DNA of 64,000 nucleotides, taken from the NCBI RefSeq assembly GCF_006345805.1, contig NC_043001.1, positions 103,416,001-103,480,000 on the forward strand. The letters run 5' to 3'. Source of the DNA: Octopus sinensis. Lineage: Eukaryota. A model generated the notes under the pieces. It did no database searches and was not told the origin of the DNA. It was given only the letters and a program-made list of their open reading frames with translations. Made by a program: the position numbers and the translations under genes. This document shows, piece by piece, positions 24,501 through 36,900 of this stretch (the first letter of the stretch is position 1; every line of letters starts with the position of its first letter).

Positions 24501-27500
24501 CCGAAAGGATTAAAGGCAAAGTCGACCTCGGCGGAATTTGAACTCAGAACGTAGTGGCAGACGAAATACCGCTAAGCATTTTGCCTGGCGTGCTAACGAT
24601 TCTTCCAGCTCACCGCCCTAGGGGTATAAATGTACCAACACCCATTGCCAAGTATTGGAGGTGGACAAACAAAGGCACACATGCATATCTGAAAGCTTTT
24701 TCAGTTTCCACCAACCAAAGACACTTGTTCAAGGTGCCATGCAGTGGGACTGAACCTGGAACTGTGTGGTTGGGAAACAAACTTCTTACCACACAGCCAC
24801 ATCTGTGCCTAATATGTATATTAAATGGAGAGCAGGAGAAAAAGAGAGAGAGAGAGAGAGAAAGTGTGAAGCAAGGCAGATGGAACGCTGGAACCTATGA
24901 AATCAACAATTTGTGTATACATGCTTGAGGTCTGCGAGATGAACTGATGGATCCAGTCCTTATTTAAATAGATATCTTTATCTTTTATTTCAGTCATTAG
25001 GTTATGGCCATACTGGGGCACCGCCTTGAACAATTTTTAGTCAAATCAATTGACCCCACTTCATATTTTCTTTTAATGCTTTTGCGGAACTGCTAAGTTA
25101 CAGGGCTGTAAACACACGCACACACAGCGGTGGTGGTCAAGCAGTGGTGGTGGTCAAGTGGTGGTGGTGGTCAAGCAGTGGTGGTGGTCAAGCAGTGGTG
25201 GTGGTCAAGCAGTGGTGGAGGTCAAGCAGTGGTGTTGGTCAAGCGGCAGTAGTGTGGTCAAGCAGGGACAAATACAGGCACAAGACACATGTACACATAA
25301 CACACGTGCGTGCACACATACACACACACACACACACACAAACTGACTTCTTTCAGTTTCTGTCTACGAAATCCACTGACAAGGCTTTGGTCAGCCTAAG
25401 GCTATAGTAGAATATGCTTGCTCAAGGTGCCACACAGTGGGACTGAGCCTGGAACCATGCGGTTGGGAAGCAGGCTCCTTCCCACACAGCCACATCTGCA
25501 TCAAAATGAAGTGAAAACAAGCAAAACTAACTGAAACATCAGTTTTAATGCTCCTTCAGTATTTTGCTTTTAGAATCCTTTTATCAAGAGAATAGAAATG
25601 GCAAGTTTGTGTCTTTTGCTCAGTCATAGTGATAGAGTGGATTCAACACGAGTTTAAAGTGCAGGTCACGGTTTCAAATACAGATCTCAGTTACAAAGCA
25701 ACAAAAATATTTCGACACAAATGAAATTAAAATGTTGAAGTGAAAGTAAAGGTTTTTGTGTCTTCTTAAATGGCTTAAAAATATCTTCCATGCTGCAATT
25801 GTTTCTATATTAAAATTATATTCATATAAATGGACAAACAAATATATTTGTTTGATGTTGCCCATATGATTTTATGTGTTTCTTTTTTGTTTTGTTTTTT
25901 TCAGTGTTTGTGACAATAGGGATCTGCATCGCCCTCGAGCTTGGTCACCACCTTAACTGGTTCTTCTTTAACTGCTTTGCCATTATGTTCCTTTTCTATT
26001 CAGCACATTGGCAGTCCTATGTCTCAGGCACACTCAGGTTCGGAATGTAAGTAAGGTTTTTATACTTGTGGCTGTGTGTGTGCACGTGCGTGCACGTGTA
26101 CCGTAAGATTTCTTTTCTCTTTGTATTGCATCATCATCATCATCATCGTTTAACGTCCGCTTTCCATGCTAGCATGGGTTGGACGATTTTGACTGATGGC
26201 TGGTGAACCAGATGGCTGCACCAGGCTCCAATCTTGATCTGGCAGAGTTTCTACAGCTGGATGCCCTTCCTAATGCCAACCACTCTGAGAGTGTAGTGGG
26301 TGCATTTTTACGTGCCACCGGCACAGGGACCAGTCAGATGGTACTGGCAATGACCTCGCTCGAATCTTTTTACACATGTCACCGGCACCAGTAAGGCAAC
26401 TTTGGTAATGGTAACGCTCAAATGGTGCCCTTTTATGTGCCACCGGCATCGACCCAGTTGGCTGCTCTGGCAACAATCACGCTCGGATGGTGCTCTTGGC
26501 ACCCTACTAACACGGGCACAAGTGCCAGTAAGGCGACGCTGGTAACGATCACACTCGAATGGTGCCCTTTTATGTGCCATAGTGCCTCTGTCCTATGCTG
26601 ACATGGGTTGAATCTAAGGACCATGTTGTGCTCCCGTGTCTGCTTTGGCATGGTTTCGATGACTGGTTGCCCTTCCTAATTCTAACCCCCCACTGCATGT
26701 GCTGGGTAGTTTTTTTGCAGGGCACCAGCACTAGTGAGGTCCTTTCTATTACTATTGTTGTGAGGCTCCTGATGCTGGGAGAGGAATAGAAGGGTCGACT
26801 GTATCAGGTACTCAGAGCATCTGATCTCTGGAAGGACACAGGACTTCAAAACAGGTGGCAGGTTGAGGCTTTTGACTTGTCAGGATCAGATACTTAAGAA
26901 AGATTTCCAGGTGGGGCCTTGATTGGGTGGACACACCACAAACAAGAGCTTGAAAATTTCATGCAAGAGAAAAACATGAGAAAGACAAAAAAGAACAAAA
27001 AAAAACTCAGAATGAAACAAGGCAAAAAGGTGGGAAAAAAAAAACGAAATCAGTATTTATCTTGGCATGGTTTTAATTTGTTATATTGGTTTCAACTTTT
27101 AGCACAAGGCCAGCAAACTTGGTGGAGTAGAGAAGTTGATTGTATCAACCCCAGTACTCAACTGGTACCGATTTTAATCAACCCTGAAAGAATGAATGGC
27201 TAAGTCAACCTCAGTGGAATTTGAAGTCAGAGTGTAAAGCTATATGGAATGCCACCAAGCATTCTGCCTGGTGTGCTAACAGTTCTGCCAGCTCACTGCC
27301 TTAAGTTTTCATCTAACGTGTCAGTTGTTTGATAGACATGAAAGTGGCTTAAGTATGGCTTTGTATCACTTAAAAAGTGACCCCCTTCGGTCATGAATGA
27401 CCAGGAAATTGCCCCCTAGAAAGTTACCTTCCAAGGCACAAGTCCAGGCAAGGTTGTTTTATGGAATGCCTGCAGTCGCCCATGCATACCAGCCTCCACT

Positions 27501-30500
27501 CTCCACACCACTGATGTTATCCAAGTGAAAGGCAAAGGGGCAGATACAGCTTGGCACCAGTGATGTCGCAACTCATTTCTACAGCTGAGTTAACAGGAGC
27601 AACGTGAAATAAAGTGTCTTGCTCAAGAACACAACACGCAGCCCGATCCGGGAATTGAACTCACAACCTCACGATCGGAAGCTCGACACTCTAACCACTG
27701 AGCCATGCACCTTCACATGGCTTTGTATCACAATTGCAATGATTTCTACCTAAACTGTGTCCTCCTTCCATCCAAACCTTTCTAAACCCACCCCCTTTCC
27801 AGCTGTGGCTCTTCTCTGAGACACCACCCTAAACACTCTTTCCCCCCTGTCCTTTCTCCTCGGAAATTCTAATGCCTGGAATTAATTCCTCACCAACTTC
27901 TAGACACAAACATGGCTGTCTGCTTATGAAGTTCACTTTGCATCTACATCGTTCTGGGTTCAATCTCTTTGAACCTCGGGCAAGTGTCTTCTACTATAGG
28001 TTCATGTTAAACAATGCCTTGTCAGTGGATTTGGTCAGTGGAAACTGTAGGGAAGCCTGTCATGTATATGTGGCTTTGTGTGTGTGTGTGTGTGTTTACA
28101 TAACACCTCTTAAAATAAGTGCCAGATGTAAAAATAGGCAGTGGGCTCGATATCATCATCATCATCATCATCGTTTAACGTCTGCTTTCCATGCTGGCAT
28201 GGGTTGGACGGTTTGACTGAGAACTGGCAAGCCAGGAGGCTGCACCAGGCTCCAATCTGATTTGACAAGGTTTCTACAGCTTGATGCCCTTTCTAACACC
28301 AACCACTCTGAGAGTGTAGTGGGTGCTTTTTACACGTCACTGGCACGGGGCCAATCAGGTGGAATGGCACCAATCAGGTGGCACGGGGCCAGTCAGGTGG
28401 CACTGGCATTTGTAATGCTTGTCCATGAGGGGCCCTGCCCTGTCAATGTTCTTGTCATTCATATTTCATCCTCTAATACCCAAAAAGCACTGGTGATGGT
28501 GCCACATAGAAGGCACCCAGTATACTTTGCAAAGTGGTTGGCATTATGAAGAGCATACTCCAGCATGGCCTTAGTCAGCCAGGGAAATTAGTAAAAAGAT
28601 GGAAGAAGTTGAACCCACTAGTTGTTCGAACATCAGCAGTTTAGAAGTATGAGGGCTTTCAAAGGTCTTGGGTGTGGTTCCTCTCTTGACCACCTCTTTG
28701 AAAATGTGCAAGAAGTTTAGGGAACATTCTACCAAACATTCTATCTTTAGAATATACTATTTTTAAATCTCAACGAGAGATATTCAGCAACAGTACTTTG
28801 GAGTAAAGATTGTTTGCCAACATGACATGGCAGTCCTGGTTTAGGACTGAGTGGAGATAGTAGATTCCCTTGTTCGAAATTATAAGGACACAGATCATGT
28901 TGTATAGCCAGCTGGAGACGATGTCTCCTGGGGCTAAATGACAGCAACATTCATCCTAAACCAGCACTGCCATGTTATGCTGGCAAACAATCTTTATTCT
29001 ATCTTTAATAGCAGAGTTGGATTCTGGCTGACAAAAGTGAGAAAACCTTCCCCACAAGGGAGATAGGGCAGCACCCACAACCTTTCAGGCTTATCCAGAT
29101 TGCTGGGATTGGTGCAGTGGATTCTTCAACTTGAATTCTGAAATCTGCCATCGTCTCTCTCCCTTTAATACTCTCCTTATCTTGCTCTCCAATTCACTCT
29201 CCTTTCTTCTCTTCTAAAAGACACCTATACCTGTCCCCTTTCTACCTTAAACCTCTCAGTACTACACCTCCTCAATGCTACTTTCTCCCAGCTGGGGGGG
29301 TTATTGTTTTGCAAAGTACTTGATAACCCTGTCAGCGCTGGTGCCACATAAAAAAGCACCCAGTACACTCTGTAAAGTGGTTGATGTTAGGCAGAGCATC
29401 TGGCTGTAGAAACTATGCCTAAAAAACACAACGGAACCTGGTGCAGCTCCTGGCCTTGCCAGTCCCTGTTAAACCATCCCAACCCATGCCAGCATGGAAA
29501 ACGGAAGTTAAATGACAATGATGATGATTGTGATAATAGGTGAGCTGGCAGAATCATTAGCACGTTGGGCGAAATGCTTTGCGGTATTTCGTCTGCCGCT
29601 ACGTTCTGAGTTCAAATTCCGCCGAGGTCATCTTTGCCTTTCATCATTTCGGGGTCAATTAAATAAGTACCAGTTACGCACTGGGGTCGATGTTATCAAC
29701 TTAATCCCTTTGCCCGTCCTTGTTTGTCCCTTCTGTGTTTAGCCCCTTGTGGGCAATAAAGAAATGAGTGATGATAGTTGTATAAGATGGACAATAAATG
29801 GAAAGAAACTACAGCGAAAAGAAAATATTGGGCTGCATATGCTCCGTGAGATACAGTGTTAATTTATGTGTATATATACACCACACACACACACAAACCT
29901 CTCCCTCCTTTCTCATGCATCGCACTTAAGAGACCTCGAGTAAATGTCAACAATAGTTTTCCTGAGACAGAGGACTTGGAGGTTAATCCGCAGTTATAAA
30001 CACTTCCAAGGATTTGTAAACAGATATAAACTCCCCCCATCCTCCTTCCTCTGTGTTCAAACACTTCGATGCAACAGAAACAATGAAATACCCTACTTTA
30101 CCAACGAACTATATTGAGGTCATCAAACAATCTTTTTAATAAACACTCAGTACAAAACAATCTTTTATTCTCTATTATTTATATTAGAAGGTTAACCTCA
30201 GAGTTGTGTTGTATTTTCTTAACCAATCTCTCAACTAGAAATAGTAAAGCTCTACTAACTGCTGCTCTTTATTTTGACTAAGGATTTCATAAAAAGGTTT
30301 ACTGAACTGTTTTAGTTTTCTGCTCAAGTGAACATAACTTTATCTGCTTCTCAGTGAAATCCCTCCAAAATACCTACTTTCCCCGTTAATGAACTGTAGA
30401 TTATTTAAATTCTTTTTAAGCAAACAGAAGCAAAATAAAGTCTCTGCTTCAATAGATGTCAGTTGATAGATTTTAGTTGTAGTTAGGGGTATGTAAGGGG

Positions 30501-33500
30501 TGTCAACTGCTAAGTTATGGAGGCGTAAACACACCATAACCAGTTTTCAAGCTGTGGTGGTGTTGGTGGGTGGAGGACAAACAAAGACTTACACACACAC
30601 ACATAGCGGGCTTCTTTCAGTTTCCATCTATCAAATCTAGGATAGACTAAAATACACTTGCCCAAGGTGCTATGCAATGGAACTGAACCCTGAACCATGT
30701 GGTCTGGTTGCAAACTTCTTACCCCACTGCCATGCCTGTGCCTTTGTCCCCTTTTAGTATTGTATGTAGAGATTGTTTGTGTGAGCTCTTTTAATGTAAT
30801 TGATCTCTAGATTTAGTAATTAGTCGTATAATATATACCTCATTATATAATTAGTCATGCAAGAACTGATCACTTGGTTGTTTGTCATTTTAATTTTGTT
30901 TTTCATGTTTTCCAGGATAGATGTTACCGAGGGTCAATTAATTGTCATGGCTGTATATCTATTTAACGCATTTGTAGGAACAGATTTCTGGCGATTACAG
31001 GTTTGGAGCATTTTTTTATTATTTATTTTTCTCATTTGTTCATTTTCTGGCACTTTTATACAATAAACAAAAGTTAATGTCCCATGATTTTCCCTCTACT
31101 TATATTCATCATCGTCATTTAACGTCCACCTTCCATGCTGTCATGGGTGGGACTGTTTGGCAGGAGCTGGCCATGCAGAGGCCAACACCAGACTTCTGTG
31201 TCTGTCGTGGCAGGGTTTTTACTGCTGGATGCCCTTCCTAACACCGACCACTCAGCAGAGTGGATTTAGTGCTTTTTACGTGGCACAAGCACAGGCGAGG
31301 TCAGTTTTGGCAAGGTTTTTACAGCTGGATGCCCTTGCAAACACCAACCACTTCACAATGTGGACTGGGTGCTTTTAAGTGGAACCTGCACTGACAGGGT
31401 CACCAAGTAACTTGCAAGACAAAAAAAAAAATGTTTTGAGTGGGGAGGGTGCATTGGAGGAAGTTATGTATCGGCTGACAAAAGGTTATAGTAAAACAGA
31501 GAGACAGAAACTATTGTCTTGCTGTAAAGGAGGGTCATGGCTACCTGGCCAGAGAGAGCGAGAGGTCAGGAATGAAGACAGAAACAAGTGTTCTGCCACA
31601 AATGAGATGCAGGAGATGGAGAGAGAGTTGTGGGAGACAGCAGGATAGAGATGGTGGAGAAATGCTGGGCAGATTCACAAGGAACAGGGATCAGAGTATA
31701 AATGGGATGGTTGAGTAAAGGAAGAGAGTGATATAGAGGGTGGCAAGTGCCAGGGCATACCCATGAGGTTCAAACGTAATATTATTATGTATTAAAAAAG
31801 ATGTAAAGATATTACATATGAAATAGATATTTCATCTGTCACTTGTTTGTCATTAGACTGTGACCATACTGGGGCACTGCAGGGAGTATTGTTAGCCGAA
31901 TGGATCAGCCCCAGTACTTATTTCCTCTTTTTAAGCCTGGTTCTTATTCTATCAGTCTCTTTTGTTGAAGTACTAAGTGACAGGGACATAAACACACCAT
32001 CACCTCTCATCACCTCTCAACAAACAAACATGCGCATGGGGAGTTTCTTTCAGTTCCCATCTACCAAAACTAATCCCTAATCTTTTGTTTTTCCTGGGGC
32101 TACAGTAGAAGACCTTTGCGCATGGTGCCACAGATCAGACTAAACCCAATATAATTTAAAATTAAAATATCACATTTCCAAATCTCTCAGAGATGCAGTA
32201 ACAGCACAATAAAGGGATGACTTGTTGCCAACTTAATGTTGCAGTCCCAGGAAAGGGAAGACTGTTATTGTTATTTAGCCCCAAGAAACACCGTTTCTTC
32301 CGTTTCCTGAGATTGCCACATTAAGTTGGCAACAAGCCATTACTTTAATTTAAAATTGTTTTGATTAAATTTTTTCACTGTTTCCTTCAGACAGAAATGT
32401 TGCTTCTCGAAATCGAATCCAACGATAGAAAATTCTTAATGTCAAAATAGTTCTTAGCACAAATCTTTGACTGGAAGGGAAAATGGGATCCCATCCTGCT
32501 TTGAAATTTAAACTATATCTTTTCTCTTGGGCAGTTTCAGAATATTTTTTTTTTTCATACATTTTGAAATTTGTAATCTGATTCACTGTTTGCTTGATGT
32601 TTTTTTACATTTATCAATTTATCCCATACACCAAAACAGTTAAAGAATCTTTATTCTTGATATTGGCATTGGTTCTACAATGCACAGCATATTTACCAGA
32701 ATAAAAAAATGACTTTGTCTGGCCACTTGAAAAAGCTATCAGTAAAACCTGTAAGATAGTATTTGTTATATGTGTTTTAATTAGCATCAAAGAAATATTA
32801 TTTAAAAGCAAGTGTCAGCTGATTCCCATTTCAAAATTCTTTGATTTCAGGTTCCTGGTTTAGGCACAAGTTTCCAGCTAATTCCTGTTTATTTTGGAAT
32901 ATTTGCTGCTGTTTTACAATGCATTCAAAATTTCTCTGTGATAATCATAAAAGGAGGTGTTGGCAAAAATCGGTCAACTGTTGCTGTGAGTAATAAATTT
33001 TGATTTAAAATTTTCTCTCACTTTTATGCTTAATTCCAGTAATTAAATCATTAAATATCTGAAATGAGTTATTATAAAGATTATGGTTTTCTTCCTAATA
33101 AGAATCGTATATCTCATGTACATTAAAATGCAATGCACTTCACACTGTGGTCATGCTAGTAGAGGGCAGCTAAAACAACAGACGGAGTGGAAGTGAGTGA
33201 CGGTCAGAGATACTAAATGTAGTTGAACTGTAGTGAAAGATTTTGCTTTGCAACAGCTGGTGTTTTTTTAATCAAAATGAAACTGCAAGTTTTTATTGTA
33301 AATTGCATTTATCAATTTCAAACGCACAAACACAGATACGCATTAAATATTTAACTCCTTTCTTTTCAAAATATATTTTATGACACATCTTTAAATTATA
33401 TCAAATATATATATATATATATATACGAGGATGAGTCAAAAAATAATGCCGCCATTTTGTTTAGGACAGGTATAATTACCAACACACAAACATGTATCAT

Positions 33501-33932
33501 ACATCAAATTGAAGCTCGTCCTCTGTGGATCACATCCCTACTTCTCAACATAGTCACCGTTTCTCTCAATAGCAATGTTCCACCTTTGAATGAGAGCATG
33601 TATCCCTGCCCTGTAAAATTCTGTTGACTGTTCTTTGCTACAAAGTCAAAGGGACAACACCTTCTTTCAAAGGCTCGTAACAGGTGATGAAACGTGGAAT
33701 GGTGCCACTCTAGGTCACCACCACCGAAAAAGTTCAAGACGCAAAAGTCAGCTGGAAAAATCACGACGACTGTCTTTTGGGATGCCCAAGGTGTCATTCT
33801 GGTCGATTTCTTGCCAAAAGGAAAAACAATAAACTCATAATAAGCTTCATTTTGATGTATGATACATGTTCCTGTCTTGGTAATTATACCTGTCCGAAAC
33901 AAAATGGCATTACTTTTTGACTCACCCTCGTT

Positions 33933-33963
<31 letters not shown>

Positions 33964-36900
33964 CCACACACACACACACATTCTGAGTATTTTGTTGTTG
34001 GCTACTTATGTGCTCAGGTAGTTTTGAGGGGTATAACAAATAAAAGTCATATCGAAGCTGTTGGTTTCAGTGTCTGTTGTTAAATACTGGGATGAGCCAT
34101 TGACATGTGTGAGGCAGCATTATGAAGATGTTTGGAGAGAAAATTGGAAAGGTTCTGAGTCAGTGCAGGGAGCAAATGGGTAGGAATGAACACCAAGATC
34201 ACAAGGGGATTCTGTTCCCTTCTACTTTGATTTCATTGCCTTGCCTTTGAGAGTCAATAAGTAGCAGAAATAGTGTGAGAAACTGCTGTACGAGCCAGTG
34301 TGGGATGTGTGACCTGCTTAGTACTATGGATTCTCTGAATGAGCTTCAAGGAATATGAGTTTGACCAAAGCAAAGTTTATTATGTTCCTGCTGTTGTAGC
34401 ATTGAGAACCCTTTGTATGAATTTTTTACCATGGAATGAAAATATTGAACTGATATTGTATGGTTTTAATTTATCATCATCATCATCATTTAATATCCAT
34501 TTTCCATGCTGGTATGGGTTGGATGGATTGACAGGAGCTGGCTAGGCCAGGGACTGCACCAGATTCTGTTGTCTGTTTTGGCATGGTTTCTATGGTTGGG
34601 ATGCCCTTCCTAATGCCAACCACTCCATTGAGTGTACTGGGTGCTTTTAATATGACCCCAGCACCGACATTCACCAAGCAACTTGCAAGACAAAACTCCT
34701 TGGCTAGGAGGAGGAGCTTTGTGCCAGTTGAGAGGTTAAGGGTATAGAGGGACAAGGATAGGCATCTTGCAGTTGAGTACCCCAGCTGGAAAAGAAAGGA
34801 GATCAAGTTAGTAGGATAAAAAGAGCAATAGTGAGAGAGAGGATAGCAAAGATGTGTCGAGACATGCCCTCGAGGGCCAGAAGGTGTGGTGAGAATAAGC
34901 ACCAATTATTATATTTGGTTCAGAAAATTATTAATTTTATTTTATTTTATATTATATTTTGTATTATATTTTTTTATCTAATTAAAATTTTTATCTATTT
35001 TCTGTTTTTCAGGGCACAAGCACAATATTTCCCATTTTGCCAATTTCCATAATAATGTGCTTGGCGTTTGTAATATATCACAAATCTCCTACACACATAT
35101 ACATGAACCATCCATGCTTGTATGTGATCAGCTTTGGCATGGCATCAGCAAAAATAACAAACAAACTAGTGGTAAGCAGACTATTTGTGCTTGTAACTTA
35201 ATTATTTGTGTTGTAGCTCAGTTGTTGTTATTGACATGAGGTGAGCCCCTGATTAAGAAGATCTAACTACAAAAGATGTTCCAGCTGTGACCATTCCATC
35301 ATCATTTAACGTCCATTGCCCGTGCTGACTGGGCTGGCATGCTGGAAGGCTGCACCAGACTCCAGTCTGATTTGGCATGGTTTTCTACGGCTGGATGCCC
35401 TTCCTAACACCAACCACTCCGAGAGTGTATTGGGGTGTATTTACATGCCACCGGCACAGGTGTCCTTTTGCAGGACACTGGTATCTTCCATGACTTTGCT
35501 CAGCTTGATGGGTCTTCTGTTTGTATTTCTAGGGTATTGTTAAATGAATTCTTTCTTTTTGTAGCCTTTCTTCTTTACAAGATGGCATTCAAATAAAAAG
35601 GCATGGATGACTTAGAACTTTTTTGAAAAGTGGCTTACAAACACTTTTTGTCCTGCCGTAGAATGGTACAATTCCAGATATAACATTTACAACACAGTAT
35701 TGTTCAAATAAAACAATGCACCAAGTCATCCAGTGAAAATAAATGTGAGACTAGAATATATTTCCAAGAATTTCTTGGATCAAGATGTTGTGGCTGACTT
35801 TAAGACATCTTTTGAGAAGGACTTTCGGGCAACTTATAAAAGCAATTGACAAATCTACTGGAAAAAACTCAATGCATGCTGTGGATCCCATAGCTAAGTG
35901 ATGGAATGAAGTAAAACACTCAACTTTGAATGATATTGCTGTTGATGTTGATACAACCCAAAACATTTTGCCATTACATAAATTCTCTTAGAGAAAAATG
36001 AATTTTCCCGTTGATTTCCATATCATAAAGTGATATGTTCTGACAGATTTTTTGATGTCTGTGAGATATGTTTATTAATAAATTACATCCAGTTTGGTGG
36101 TTGGTGTAGCTATTAATTCCAAAGTTGGGAGTTAGACCTTCCAGGATTTTCCATATGTATGTCACTGCCTATCTGAGAGAGAGAGAGAACTCTCTCTCTC
36201 TCTGTATATATATATATATATATATATATACATACATATATATATATATATATATATGTCTGTATGCATGTCAGTGAAGGACATCTGGATTATATACTAC
36301 ATTGTAAGTTTGTAAAATGTATCTGGACTATATATACACTCATGTATAAATTTTTAACTAAGTTTTTTCAATTAAATTTTATTTCCATCTTTTTATGTGA
36401 GTATGTACTTTTTGCAATGTCTCTCTTTCACATATATCCGTGGGCCTATAATGCACTCTAAAATACCCAAATTTGAAAGAGAATTGATGAAATATTTATA
36501 AACACATAGCCAACAAACTCTGCCTCCTTAAACACAAAGGTTAAAATGTCTACATATTAATCAAAGTGCTTATAGAACAATGAACCCCAAAAGAGAAACA
36601 TAGAGACAAACAACCTTTATACCTACCTACATTCTCTTTTGAACATCAAAGCACAACAGAAAGAAGTTTCCATGCAAACAACACCATGACATGCCAGACT
36701 AATGACCTTCACCTTCCAAACACAAACAAGAAATACTTCAAATAACAACAAGTCAAGAAACTGACCAGCTAAAACACACCATTTGCTTAGATTCTTTTTT
36801 GAACTTTTAAGTAATACCATTTAAAAAAACAAAGATGACACACCCAATTACTAAGTTTTTTAACATTGGTCTTTGTACCTAGCACCTTTACATTGTCAAA

